The notes under the pieces are model-generated. The model was not told the DNA's origin, searched no databases, and was given only the letters and a program-made list of their open reading frames with translations. The position numbers and the translations under genes were made by a program. Shown piece after piece: positions 31,229 to 41,417 of a stretch of DNA of 64,000 nucleotides. The stretch comes from an uncultured Mycoplasma sp. (GTDB lineage Bacteria; Bacillota_I; Bacilli_A; RF39; UBA660), in NCBI GenBank assembly GCA_902493595.1, contig CABUPU010000002.1, forward strand, positions 73,942 through 137,941, read 5' to 3'. The number at the start of each line of letters is the position of its first letter. Within the stretch, counting starts at the first letter, position 1.

Positions 31229-32344
31229 ATGGATAAAAAAATATATGAAAATATGCGTAAACATAATAAATATTTAAGTGATTATGCTTGTACGGATGAT
31301 AAAGTAATTAGATTCGAAGAGGAATCCGAGGATTTTAGACCAGGCTTTTTTAGAGATATAGATAGAATTATTTATTCACTATCTTATGTAAGATATATGG
31401 ATAAAACTCAAGTTTTTACTGAAACTAAGAATGATCATATTCAAAAAAGAATGATTCATGTACAGTATGTATCTAAAATTGCAAGAACTATAGGAAGAGC
31501 GCTTAATTTAAATGAGGATTTAATCGAGGCGGCAGCCCTTGGCCATGATCTTGGACATACACCTTTTGGACATGTAGGGGAAAGAGTATTAAATGAAATA
31601 AGTAAAGAAGTAGGCGAAGGATATTTTATGCATAACATAAACAGTGTTAGAAACCTAATGTTTGTTGAAAACTATGGTAAAGGTCAAAATATTAGCCTTC
31701 AGGTGCTTGATGGAATAATGTGTCATAATGGTGAACTTGTTTCAAATGAATATTATATTAAACCAAAAACTAAAGATGATTTTTTAAAGGAATACTTTGA
31801 ATCTTATAAATCTTTAGAGGTAGCCAAATATTTAAGACCAATGACCCTTGAGGGATGTATAGTAAGAATAAGTGATATAATTGCTTATTTAGGAAGAGAT
31901 ATCGAAGATGGTGTAAGAATGGGACTTGTATCTTTCGAAGAAATTCCCAAAGAAATAGTAAATGTTTTAGGTAAAACTAATAGAGAAATAGTTAATACAA
32001 TAATTACTGATATAATAACTGAAAGTGAAGACAAAAGTTATATAAAAATGAGTGATGAAGTATTTAATGCAATCTCTAAATTAAAGGACTTTAACTATGA
32101 ACATATTTATGGGAAGGCTTATACAGTTAAAGAAAGAGAACTTATTAATAAAATGTTTAGAACAGTATTTAATGGCTACTTAAATGATTTACAAACTAAA
32201 AATTATGATAGTCCAATATTTTATTCTTACTTAAATAATATGGATAAAAAATATTTAGAAAGTTCTAATGAAAGAATAGTACTTGATTATATATCAGGTA
32301 TGACCGATGATTATTTTATATCATCTTATAAAAAATTTGTTTAA
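31229..32344 (+). CDS. HD-domain phosphohydrolase, dGTP triphosphohydrolase-like
   Basis: HD motif H..AALGHDLGHTPFGH. AGGTGA 5 nt upstream of the ATG at 31229. Confidence 0.7.
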   Translation: MDKKIYENMRKHNKYLSDYACTDDKVIRFEEESEDFRPGFFRDIDRIIYSLSYVRYMDKTQVFTETKNDHIQKRMIHVQYVSKIARTIGRALNLNEDLIEAAALGHDLGHTPFGHVGERVLNEISKEVGEGYFMHNINSVRNLMFVENYGKGQNISLQVLDGIMCHNGELVSNEYYIKPKTKDDFLKEYFESYKSLEVAKYLRPMTLEGCIVRISDIIAYLGRDIEDGVRMGLVSFEEIPKEIVNVLGKTNREIVNTIITDIITESEDKSYIKMSDEVFNAISKLKDFNYEHIYGKAYTVKERELINKMFRTVFNGYLNDLQTKNYDSPIFYSYLNNMDKKYLESSNERIVLDYISGMTDDYFISSYKKFV

Positions 32345-32383
32345 ATAAATAAAATTAATACATAATAATTAAGAAGGAGAGTT

Positions 32384-33658
32384 ATGGAATATAATACTAT
32401 AGATAAAAGTTCATACAAAATTCATACTTTAAAATACGATAGATTTAAAACTAGTGATATTGAGGTTATATTTAGATTTAAAACTGATAAAGAAAGATTT
32501 CCTATTGTAAGTCTTTTGTGTGAGGTAATGGGAACTTGTAATAAACATTATAATTCACTTAGAAACTTAGCACTTAAAAAAGAGGACTTATATAATATAT
32601 ATTATTCTACAGGTATAAGTAGAAAGGGGTATGTTACCTCACTCACATTTAGAGTAAATTTTATTAATCCAGAATATATTAGTGAAAATGATTATCTAGA
32701 AAATGTCGTAAAATTCTTATTTGATATGATATTATTTCCTAATGTAAAAAATAATGAATTTGCTGAAATCCCTTTTGAAAATGGTAAAAATGAACTTTAC
32801 CTTGATATTGATAGTACAAAAGAAAATGCTATGCAGCTTGCTTTTGATAATGCTTTTGACACTCTTGATAAAAATTCAATATCTGCTTTATCAGTAACTG
32901 GTACTAAAGAGGAAGTTAAAGCTATAACTAGGGAAGCATTATATAAAGAATATTTATATATAATGCAAAATAGTATTGTTGATATCTTTGTAATGGGTAA
33001 TTTAGATATGAATAAGGCAGTATCTTTAATCAAAGATAATTATCATAATAACAGAGTAAATTATATAAATTTTAATTATTATGTAAAAAATATTGAAAGA
33101 AAGAAACCAATAGTTAAAATGGATGAATCTACATTTAAACAATCATCTTTAGTAATGCTTTATAATATTAATGATATTACCGAGGAAGAAAGAAGAAGTG
33201 TATACCCAGTATTTAATTATATTATAGGTTCTGGGGGACTATCCTCAAAACTATATAAATATTTACGCGAAGAAAATGGTTTATGCTATAGAGTATCAAG
33301 TGTTTTAAATGTTTTTGATAATGTTTTCGAGGTAGATGTTTCCCTTAGTAAAGAAAATATTGATAAAGCAGTTACTTTAATAAAAAAAAGTGTTAGTGAA
33401 ATGGTCAAAGGTAAGTTTACTGATGATGATGTAAATAATGCAAAAAATAATATAATAAATAATATTGAATTAAATTCAAATAGTCAATCAGGAATAAATA
33501 ATAACTATGTTTCACAAAAATTTGTAAATGATTATACATTCGAAGAGAAAAAAGAGCATATAAAAAAAGTTACAAAAAGTGATATTATTACTTTTGCAAA
33601 AAAATTAAAATTAAATGTAGTTTATGCTTTGTGTGAGGATCAAAATGGAAAAAATTAA
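32384..33658 (+). CDS. M16-family peptidase-like protein lacking the HxxEH motif (non-catalytic partner)
   Basis: Has an M16-type fold pattern but no HxxEH. It is paired with the active M16 gene downstream, as in ymfF/ymfH. Confidence 0.55.
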   Translation: MEYNTIDKSSYKIHTLKYDRFKTSDIEVIFRFKTDKERFPIVSLLCEVMGTCNKHYNSLRNLALKKEDLYNIYYSTGISRKGYVTSLTFRVNFINPEYISENDYLENVVKFLFDMILFPNVKNNEFAEIPFENGKNELYLDIDSTKENAMQLAFDNAFDTLDKNSISALSVTGTKEEVKAITREALYKEYLYIMQNSIVDIFVMGNLDMNKAVSLIKDNYHNNRVNYINFNYYVKNIERKKPIVKMDESTFKQSSLVMLYNINDITEEERRSVYPVFNYIIGSGGLSSKLYKYLREENGLCYRVSSVLNVFDNVFEVDVSLSKENIDKAVTLIKKSVSEMVKGKFTDDDVNNAKNNIINNIELNSNSQSGINNNYVSQKFVNDYTFEEKKEHIKKVTKSDIITFAKKLKLNVVYALCEDQNGKN

Positions 33659-34919
33659 AATAGAAAGAACTGATGAAATAGTTTATCATCATAAATTAGA
33701 TTGTGGTCTTAATATTTATATTTGGGAGTGTAAGGAATCTAGTGATATTAATCTAACCTTAACAGTTAAATATGGTAGTGTTCATACTAACTTTGAGGTA
33801 AATAAAAAAGATATTAAAGTACCAAATGGAATGGCTCATTTTTTAGAGCATATTAAATTTAATGAAGAGGATAATAAAACCTCACATGATTATTTTTATA
33901 AAATTGGTAGTTATGTAAATGCCTATACAACCTTTGACCATACATGTTATGAAGTTACTACAAACGATAATTTAAAAGATAACTTAAATCATTTACTATA
34001 TTTTGTTAATAATGATTATTTTACAAAAGAACTTGTAAGTAAAGAAAAACCTATTATTATTGAGGAAGCCAAAATGACTAAAAATAATCCCTTTAATGAA
34101 GGATATTTTGAACTTCTAAATAATATTTATAAATATGATAATCATAAGTATTTAATTACGGGTGATGAAGAAGATATAAAAAGTATTAGTATAGAGGATG
34201 CTAAAAATGTATTTGATGCTTTTTATCATCCAGAAAATATGTTTTTAGTTGTAACTGGTAATGTAAATCATTATGAAGTAATAAAACTTTGTGAGGACTT
34301 TTATGAAAGTTTTGATAAAAAATATTTAAATCCAAAGATAATTTCTATGAAAGAACCTAAAAAAGTTAATATTCCTTATTCAGTAATAAATACCAATGTT
34401 ACAAAAGAAAACCTTTATTATGGTTTGAAAATAGATAAAAAGAAATATAAAGATTATAGTAAATTAGAACTTAGTATGTATATGAATATACTTCTTAGAA
34501 ATAATTTTAGTGGTACATCAGAGTTTTATGAACATATTCGTAATAACCATTTAGTTGATGATTTTTCTTATACATTTACGCAAAATGATGATTATGCTTT
34601 AATTTTATTTGAAGCTGTTACATCTTATGCTAAAAAACTTATTGAACTTTTAAAGGAAAAACTTAATAATTTAGATATCAATGAAAATGATTTTAATCGA
34701 AAGAAAAAAGTTTTTATTGCAAATGCAATAGTGGATTTTGAAAATGCTTATCAAGTTAATAATGAAATAAGATCTAGCATCTTAAAATATAATAAAATGC
34801 TTAATGATATACCATCATCAATAGAAAATTTGAAATTTGATAAATTTGCTAAAGTAAAAGATAATCTAGGTAATGAAACTGCATATGTTATTTTAAAACC
34901 AATAAAAAAAGAAGAGTGA
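33645..34919 (+). CDS. M16-family zinc peptidase (pitrilysin-like), active-site HFLEH present
   Basis: Inverted zincin motif HFLEH..E. Overlaps the upstream partner gene by 14 nt. Confidence 0.7.
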   Translation: MEKIKIERTDEIVYHHKLDCGLNIYIWECKESSDINLTLTVKYGSVHTNFEVNKKDIKVPNGMAHFLEHIKFNEEDNKTSHDYFYKIGSYVNAYTTFDHTCYEVTTNDNLKDNLNHLLYFVNNDYFTKELVSKEKPIIIEEAKMTKNNPFNEGYFELLNNIYKYDNHKYLITGDEEDIKSISIEDAKNVFDAFYHPENMFLVVTGNVNHYEVIKLCEDFYESFDKKYLNPKIISMKEPKKVNIPYSVINTNVTKENLYYGLKIDKKKYKDYSKLELSMYMNILLRNNFSGTSEFYEHIRNNHLVDDFSYTFTQNDDYALILFEAVTSYAKKLIELLKEKLNNLDINENDFNRKKKVFIANAIVDFENAYQVNNEIRSSILKYNKMLNDIPSSIENLKFDKFAKVKDNLGNETAYVILKPIKKEE

Positions 34920-34931
34920 TCTTCTTTTTTT
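34905..34931. terminator. bidirectional terminator between the M16 gene and the convergent rpsD
   Basis: aaagaag-agtgat-cttcttt hairpin with T7 downstream and an A-run upstream. Confidence 0.6.
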
Positions 34932-34933
34932 GA

Positions 34934-35536
34934 TTATCTATTGTAGAACTCAACGATTAATTGTTCATTAATTTCTTGATTTAATTCACTTCTATCTGGA
35001 ACTCTAACATATTTTCCAGTAAGTTTTTTAGAATCGAATTCTACATAAGCAGGAGTTTTAATTCCTAGTTCAATTGTTTCTCTAATACCAGCATGGTCTA
35101 AAGAATTTTCTTTAACTGAAATTACATCTCCAGGTTTACAAGTATATGATGGAATGTCAACTTTAACATCATTTACTAAAATGTGTCCATGGTTAACAAT
35201 TTGTCTTGCAGCTCTTCTTGTTCTAGCAAGTCCCATACGATAAACTAAATTATCTAGTCTTGATTCAAGTAATACTAGTAAGTTTTCACCAGCAATACCA
35301 TGCATTTTAGATGCTCTATCAAATACTTTTCTAAATTGTTTTTCAGTAAGTCCATACATAACTCTAACTTTTTGTTTTTCTTGAAGTTGGATTCCATATT
35401 CACTTAATTTTCTTCTTTTGTCTTTACCATGTGCACCTGGTGCATAAGGTCTTTTTGCAAGTTCTTTACCAGTTTCAAGTGTAGAAAAACCATATCTTCT
35501 TGATTTTTTATATGTAGATCCTGTATATCTAGCCAT
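34934..35536 (-). CDS. rpsD: 30S ribosomal protein S4
   Basis: [14 protein letters not shown]..., an S4 domain, and RBS AGGAGG upstream. Confidence 0.95.
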   Translation of the reverse strand: MARYTGSTYKKSRRYGFSTLETGKELAKRPYAPGAHGKDKRRKLSEYGIQLQEKQKVRVMYGLTEKQFRKVFDRASKMHGIAGENLLVLLESRLDNLVYRMGLARTRRAARQIVNHGHILVNDVKVDIPSYTCKPGDVISVKENSLDHAGIRETIELGIKTPAYVEFDSKKLTGKYVRVPDRSELNQEINEQLIVEFYNR

Positions 35537-36124
35537 ATCTATTTTCCTCCTTTCAAATATTACAAATAAAAAGATAGGTATTAATTTAGTATAGGGAGTT
35601 TACAATAATTTCATCTTAGGCAGAAGATTACTTTATTTTGAAGTAAACACATTATACAAATTAATATCACTGCCAATTTAAATTGCATAATTATTATAAG
35701 ATTTATATACTTTAATGTCAAGTATTTCATAAAAAAACCTACATAAAGTAGGGGATTTTTCTTTAGATGATGTCATAGATTAAAAATACAAATATTAAAT
35801 TTGAAAACAAATTAAATTTTTTTAATTACTTAATATCAATTAAATTTTTATTTAAAGTTTCTAATTATTTAATTGTTTTATCATTTTCTAATTAAAATTT
35901 TCAAAGGTTGTAAATTCGTGACCTTTAGATTTTTTTATTTTTTACACATAAGCCTAAATAAGCAATAACATCTTTATTTCTCATCTAAGTTTGTATTGGT
36001 ATCTTTGGTTCCACCGAATTTACATATCTTGCTAAGTTTATTAGCAATATAAATTCTTTATTGTTTATGGTTATTACTTTAATTTTAGTATTATTAACAT
36101 CTAATTCTAATTTCATTTTATTGT

Positions 36125-36159
36125 ATATTAAAACTCGAACCTTTTTATTAGATCGAGTT
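36125..36159 (-). terminator. putative terminator downstream of tRNA-Arg
   Basis: aactcga-14 nt loop-tcgagtt stem. On the minus strand it is followed by a U-rich run. Confidence 0.35.
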
Positions 36160-36170
36160 AATTATCAATT

Positions 36171-36247
36171 TGGCGTCCTCGGGGGGATTTGAACCTCTGA
36201 CCTACCCCTTAGGAGGGGGTCGCTCTATCCAGCTGAGCTACGAGGAC
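36171..36247 (-). tRNA. tRNA-Arg (anticodon CCU), CCA encoded
   Basis: Minus-strand sequence GUCCUCGUAGCUCAGCUGGAUAGAGCGACCCCCUCCUAAGGGGUAGGUCAGAGGUUCAAAUCCCCCCGAGGACGCCA. It has a 7-bp acceptor stem, a canonical D-arm, an anticodon loop CU-CCU-AA, and T-loop UUCAAAU. By my folding the T-stem has two A.C mismatches. Confidence 0.8.
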
Positions 36248-36258
36248 AAGATGCTATA

Positions 36259-36378
36259 TTATATAAACATATAGCAAATTAGAAATACGATTACAGCCGC
36301 TAAAACAGCAGTTACCATAAGTAGGGCATAAAACTTACTTTTCTCAATCATTTCTGGTTTTTTAGTACTTTTTTTCAT
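36259..36378 (-). CDS. 39-aa putative membrane micropeptide ending 12 nt upstream of the tRNA
   Basis: MKKSTKKPEMIEKSKFYALLMVTAVLAAVIVFLICYMFI. An AAAGGGA RBS-like element lies upstream. Confidence 0.3.
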   Translation of the reverse strand: MKKSTKKPEMIEKSKFYALLMVTAVLAAVIVFLICYMFI

Positions 36379-36618
36379 CTTCAATCCCTTTCTATAAGAA
36401 TTATAGCACATATTTATTTATTTTTTAAGTCTAATACTTTTATTTTTTATCTTTTTCATGTCTTGTTTTGACATGTAATGCCCGAAGTCCTTGCAATCAT
36501 AAATTTTATATGTATAATAAATACTCGAACGTGCAGGAATGGCGCTACTTTTCCAACAGTCCAGAGGGTTTTGGGTGTAATTTTGCATCTTTGATTTCAA
36601 TGGAGAGGAGGAATGTGT

Positions 36619-36765
36619 GTGAAAAAGAGGACGTATGAAAGACTACTAATCTGGATCATATTATTTTGCTTGGTTGTAACAAATCAAGACAAAATAAGAA
36701 GCGTCATCCGTAGTATAATAGAATTCATCATTTGCTTATTACAACTTTTGAATTCTAAAATATAG
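36619..36765 (+). CDS. 48-aa putative small membrane protein with perfect SD
   Basis: AGGAGG is 7 nt upstream of an in-frame GTG (an ATG lies 1 nt after the SD). A candidate promoter TTGCAA-N16-TATAAT sits at ~36491-36518, leaving a ~95-nt leader. Confidence 0.25.
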   Translation: MKKRTYERLLIWIILFCLVVTNQDKIRSVIRSIIEFIICLLQLLNSKI

Positions 36766-36859
36766 GATAACGCTGCCTTTGAATAAACTTAGGTAACGTG
36801 ATATCTTGCACGTTCCTTAATATTAATATAACATTTATTTATATAATTATGCAAGATGT

Positions 36860-38155
36860 TTAGTGTCTAAAATATTTATTAATGTAATAATAATTAAGAG
36901 AAACCACTAAAATGATATTTATAATTTCAGCAATTAAAAGACCATATATACCAATTTCTAAAAAAGATAATATACTTAAAAATAATAATTTAACAATACC
37001 AGAAAATATAGTTATTTTAAGTGTTACTTTAGCTTTACCAATCCCTTGCATAAAAGAGGCAAATATACTTTCAAAATAAAACAATATAAAAAATGGAGCA
37101 AGAAGTTTTATATAATCAGTACCAAGAGTTGTTTTATATAAAAAGAATAATAATTCATTTCGAAAAATAAAAATGCAAAAAGTTGAAATAAGTCCAATAA
37201 TAAATGTATATATACATGCTTCTTTTAATCTTTTTTTAACATAATATGTATTATTATTTTCATTATATTTTGATATTTCAGGAATAAGAGCAAGAGAAAT
37301 AGCACTTATAAAAAATGATGGTATTGTTAAAGTGGAAATTGCATAAGCATTATAAGCACCATATTCTGTTAAAATAAAATAATGGGAATAACCTTTATAT
37401 AATAATATATTAGTAAGAATAATTGGTTCAAAAAAATAGCATATATTTCCAATAATTCTACTTGTAACTGTTGGTATAGATAAATTTAAAATATCTTTTA
37501 TATCACTTTTTGAATATGATAATTTATACATAGTCTTAACATCTTTTTTATTCATACATATAGAAAATACTATTATCGATGCAGCCTCAGTAAAAAGAAA
37601 TGTTAGTATTAAACCAACAGCTGCATGAACATAAGAAATTTCAATTAATTTAGGTATAACTGTAAGAATTAAAATAAGTCTTATTAATTGTTCTACAGTA
37701 TTTGAAAGTACATGAGGATAATTTTTTTGTATACCATAAAAGTATCCTTTGAATATACAAGCTATCGAAGAAAAGGGTAATGTTAATGCCATAGCAATTA
37801 ATAAATAATATGTTTTAGGTTCCTTTAAAAGATTATTTGCTATAAATGGACTTACTATAAACATAATTATTATTAATGAAATATTTAATACTAATATTAT
37901 ATTTAAAGCATTATTTAATATTTTTTTATCTTTATTTTGAGCAATTAATTTAGCAATTGTAGTAGGCATAGCAAATGTACCAATAGTTAAAAGTAAAGAA
38001 TATGTTGGCATTACAATTGTATATAAACTTATAGTTGTATTTCCTACAATTCTTGTAAATATTATTTTTATAATAAGACCTAATACTTTAGTAGAAAGTC
38101 CACTTAACATAAGAATAAATGTAGATGTAAAAAATTTATTTTTAAATAATTTCAT
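36860..38155 (-). CDS. MOP-superfamily flippase (MurJ/SpoVB/Wzx-like polysaccharide or lipid II flippase)
   Basis: Twelve or more predicted TM helices. The N-terminus LSGLSTKVLGLIIKIIFTRIVG...YTIVMPTYSLLLTIGTFAMPTTIAKLIAQ matches the MurJ/SpoVB family pattern. Confidence 0.7.
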   Translation of the reverse strand: MKLFKNKFFTSTFILMLSGLSTKVLGLIIKIIFTRIVGNTTISLYTIVMPTYSLLLTIGTFAMPTTIAKLIAQNKDKKILNNALNIILVLNISLIIIMFIVSPFIANNLLKEPKTYYLLIAMALTLPFSSIACIFKGYFYGIQKNYPHVLSNTVEQLIRLILILTVIPKLIEISYVHAAVGLILTFLFTEAASIIVFSICMNKKDVKTMYKLSYSKSDIKDILNLSIPTVTSRIIGNICYFFEPIILTNILLYKGYSHYFILTEYGAYNAYAISTLTIPSFFISAISLALIPEISKYNENNNTYYVKKRLKEACIYTFIIGLISTFCIFIFRNELLFFLYKTTLGTDYIKLLAPFFILFYFESIFASFMQGIGKAKVTLKITIFSGIVKLLFLSILSFLEIGIYGLLIAEIINIILVVSLNYYYINKYFRH

Positions 38156-38311
38156 TATATTAAATTTTATTAAATAAATCTAAATTCTTTACAACTATAT
38201 TAGTTTAGTTAAATTATTTATAATCTCAGTATTAACCTTGTTCGTATTTTTCCAAAATATATAGATTTAAGAAAAACTATCTCACTATTTATAAGGTATT
38301 GTAGAGTACAT

Positions 38312-38539
38312 ATGATAAAAAATAATAAAGTAAAAATAATAGGTGTAATTTCAAGTATAATACTGTTGGTAATAGTAATAACTGCATCATTTGCATATTT
38401 GGGTTTATTTAATATAAATTTAACTGGAACTGCTAATCTTAGCACAACTTGTACTTATGACATTGTTCAGGAATATGATAGTTCATTTTATATTTATGGA
38501 AGAACAGGAACAATTCTAGATCCATATCATATTGGTTAA
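38312..38539 (+). CDS. possible small membrane-anchored protein (75 aa)
   Basis: N-terminal TM helix, no clear RBS. I kept it because it has intergenic space of its own. Confidence 0.2.
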   Translation: MIKNNKVKIIGVISSIILLVIVITASFAYLGLFNINLTGTANLSTTCTYDIVQEYDSSFYIYGRTGTILDPYHIG

Positions 38540-38614
38540 GTTCAAAGTCTATAATCAAAGTTATAGACTTTTTCTATGTTTTTTAGTAAAATAAATATAG
38601 AAAGAAAATGTGTT

Positions 38615-38854
38615 ATGGAAGAAATAAAATTTGAATCATTAAATGAATTATTTAATAGGTTATATCCTGCTTTTAATACGAAAGTTTGTGAGTTAAAAAG
38701 ATCTGGTATTAATGTAAGTGAAGTTAAACTATGGAATTATTTAAAAGAAAATAAATGGTCAAATAGTAAAAATCTTACTTTATATGATATGGTAAGTGAC
38801 ATATTAAATCTTTCTAAATCTGATTTTGAAGGTGAAAAAAATGATGACATTTAA
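38615..38854 (+). CDS. small hypothetical protein upstream of relA (80 aa)
   Basis: ORF whose end overlaps the relA start. The start codon choice is uncertain (ATG 38576 or 38615). Confidence 0.4.
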   Translation: MEEIKFESLNELFNRLYPAFNTKVCELKRSGINVSEVKLWNYLKENKWSNSKNLTLYDMVSDILNLSKSDFEGEKNDDI

Positions 38855-40928
38855 TTATATATTAAATAAAATTAAGAATCCTGATGATATAAAAGATATT
38901 AAAGCATCTTATGAATATGCAAATTCTAAATTATCAGGTATTATGCGTAAAAATGGAGATACGGAAATATCTCATTGTCTTGAGGTAGCAAATATATTAA
39001 TTGATTTAAACGTTGATAAGGAAACAATAATATGTGCAATACTTCATAGTGTCCTTGATTTTAATGATATTGATGAAAAAGAAATTGTAGAAAATTTTTC
39101 ATTAGAAACCTATAAAATAATTTTTTCTTTATCAAAAATTAATAATCTTGAGATGGTAGATGACTCTGAAAGTGCTGCTTTATATCTTCGTAAAGTAATG
39201 GTTGGTTTAAGTGAGGATGTAAGAGTATTATTTATTAAACTTGCAGATCGTCTTCATAATATGCGTACTTTTGATGCAATAAGTACTGAAAGACAAAAAA
39301 AAGTTGCAAATGAAACTCTTTCTGTTTTAGTGCCAATTGCTCATAGACTAGGTATTAACTCTATAAAAAGTGAACTTGAAAACTTATGTTTATATTATTT
39401 AAAACCTGATGTTTATAATGACATTTTAGAAAAGTTAAATGCAACTGTTGATAGTTTAAATAATTATTTAATAGAAATGCAAGAAAGTATTTGTGATTTG
39501 TTAAATGAAAATGAAATTAAGTTTGAAATAAAGGGTAGAGTAAAAAGCGTATATAGTATCTATAATAAATTAAGTGCTGGTAAAAAATGGGATGATATTT
39601 ATGATATATTAGCCCTTAGAATTTTTGTAGATAAAGAAAGTGATTGTTATGCAGTAGTTGGTTTAATTCATTCAAAGTTTAGACCAATACCATCAAGGTT
39701 CAAAGATTATATTGCAGTTCCAAAGGAAAATATGTATCAAAGTTTACATACAACAGTATTTGGTCCAGGTGGTAAATTTTATGAAATCCAAATTAGAACA
39801 TATGAAATGGATGAAATTGCCGAAAAAGGAATAGCATCACATTGGTCTTATAAAGAAAAAGGTGCTAAAAAGATCCAAACTTATATGGAACAAAAACTTG
39901 AAATATATCGCTCAATAATTGAAAATAGTGAAAATGATACTGATGAAGTATTTAATGAAGTTGTGGGAAGTAATATTTTAGGAAATTTAATGTATGTATT
40001 TACTCCTAAAGGAGATGTTATTGAACTACCCGAAGATGCAACACCAATAGATTTTGCTTATAGAGTACACTCAAAAGTAGGTGATACAATGACTGGGGCT
40101 ATTGTAAATGATATAATGGTTTCTATTAATACACCACTTCATGATGGAGATATTTGTAAAATTCTTACCAATCCAAATAGCACGCCGTCTAAAGAATGGT
40201 TAAATATTGTTAAAACTACCCAGGCAAAAGATAAAATTAAAGCTTATTTTTCAAAAATAGATAAACAAAATTATATTGAAAGAGGTAAAAATATTTTAGA
40301 AAAAGAACTTCGCAAAAGAAAAATACCTCAAAATATGGTTACTTCTCAAGAAAATTTAAAACTTATTTTAAAGGAATTAAAACTTAAAGATTTAGATGAT
40401 CTATATTTTAGTATTGGATCTTATAAATATACAGTTACTCATATAGTTAATATCATTATTCCAAAAGAGGAAACTAGTGCTATTAAGAAAAATATTAATA
40501 TTAAAACAGGTAGTGATATATTAATTGATGGTAAAGTGAATATTCTTACTCATTTAGCAAAATGTTGTAATCCTGTAAAAGGTGATGAAATAGTCGGAGT
40601 TATTACTAAAAATGATGGTATATCAGTTCATCAAAAAAATTGTGAAAATGTTATAAATTCTGATGAAAAAATAGTATCTGCTTCATGGATTGAAAGTGTT
40701 CATAATGACTATATTTGCTCTATTAAAATTACCTTAAGTAGTAATAAAAATAAGTTATCTGATATTATTGCCAAAATATCAATTCCAAAGGTTTATATAA
40801 TATCTATTGAAACAATTGATGAAATAAATTATTTAGTTAAAATTAAAGTTGAGGATAATTCATATATTGATTTAGTTATTAAAAATGTTAATAAACTAAG
40901 GTATGTAAAGGATGTTAAAAGAGTATGA
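38841..40928 (+). CDS. relA: RelA/SpoT-family (p)ppGpp synthetase with TGS and ACT domains; hydrolase HD motif degenerate
   Basis: Synthetase motifs are present (RVKSVYSIYNKL, LALRIFV, YQSLHTTV). TGS block VFTPKGDVIELPEDATPIDFAYRVHSKVG. In the HD region the HD dyad reads HS (ILHSVLD). GAAGGTGA 5 nt upstream of the ATG. Confidence 0.85.
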   Translation: MMTFNYILNKIKNPDDIKDIKASYEYANSKLSGIMRKNGDTEISHCLEVANILIDLNVDKETIICAILHSVLDFNDIDEKEIVENFSLETYKIIFSLSKINNLEMVDDSESAALYLRKVMVGLSEDVRVLFIKLADRLHNMRTFDAISTERQKKVANETLSVLVPIAHRLGINSIKSELENLCLYYLKPDVYNDILEKLNATVDSLNNYLIEMQESICDLLNENEIKFEIKGRVKSVYSIYNKLSAGKKWDDIYDILALRIFVDKESDCYAVVGLIHSKFRPIPSRFKDYIAVPKENMYQSLHTTVFGPGGKFYEIQIRTYEMDEIAEKGIASHWSYKEKGAKKIQTYMEQKLEIYRSIIENSENDTDEVFNEVVGSNILGNLMYVFTPKGDVIELPEDATPIDFAYRVHSKVGDTMTGAIVNDIMVSINTPLHDGDICKILTNPNSTPSKEWLNIVKTTQAKDKIKAYFSKIDKQNYIERGKNILEKELRKRKIPQNMVTSQENLKLILKELKLKDLDDLYFSIGSYKYTVTHIVNIIIPKEETSAIKKNINIKTGSDILIDGKVNILTHLAKCCNPVKGDEIVGVITKNDGISVHQKNCENVINSDEKIVSASWIESVHNDYICSIKITLSSNKNKLSDIIAKISIPKVYIISIETIDEINYLVKIKVEDNSYIDLVIKNVNKLRYVKDVKRV

Positions 40929-41368
40929 AAGTAGTTATTCAAAGAAGTAAAAAATCAAGTGTAAGTGTTTCTGGAAAACTTATAAATAAAATCGATAAAG
41001 GCTTATGTATTTTAGTGGGAATCACTCCCGAGGATACTGACGAAGATATTAATTACTTAGTAAAAAAAATTGTAAATCTTCGCATTTTTGATGATGAAAA
41101 AGGAGTTATGAATAAAAGTATTTTAGATAGTGGTGGAGAAATACTTTTAATAAGTCAGTTTACCTTAATGGCTGATACTTCCAAAGGAACTAGACCAAGT
41201 TATATTGGTGCCGCTAAAGGAGATGTTGCTAAACCATTATATGAAAAAATGCTTAACGAGCTAAATAATCATGTTAAAACTTATGGTGGCGTTTTTGGAG
41301 CAGAAATGCTTGTAAATATAGAAAATGATGGTCCAATAACTATTATAATAGATTCTAAAAATAAATAG
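40925..41368 (+). CDS. dtd: D-aminoacyl-tRNA deacylase
   Basis: MKVVIQRS..., SQFTLMADTSKGTRPS and GPITII motifs. Overlaps the relA stop codon (ATGA). The relA-dtd pairing is conserved. Confidence 0.9.
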   Translation: MKVVIQRSKKSSVSVSGKLINKIDKGLCILVGITPEDTDEDINYLVKKIVNLRIFDDEKGVMNKSILDSGGEILLISQFTLMADTSKGTRPSYIGAAKGDVAKPLYEKMLNELNNHVKTYGGVFGAEMLVNIENDGPITIIIDSKNK

Positions 41369-41417
41369 TAATAAAATTAAAGTCATCTTCATATCTTTTG
41401 ATAGGAGATGATTTTTT

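Noticed and set aside
36418-36600. Minus-strand 60-aa ORF (MKSKMQNYTQNPLDCW...)
   Set aside because: It has no SD and overlaps the better-supported + strand promoter/leader. It may be spurious. It is mentioned within the 35.5-36.9 kb finding instead.
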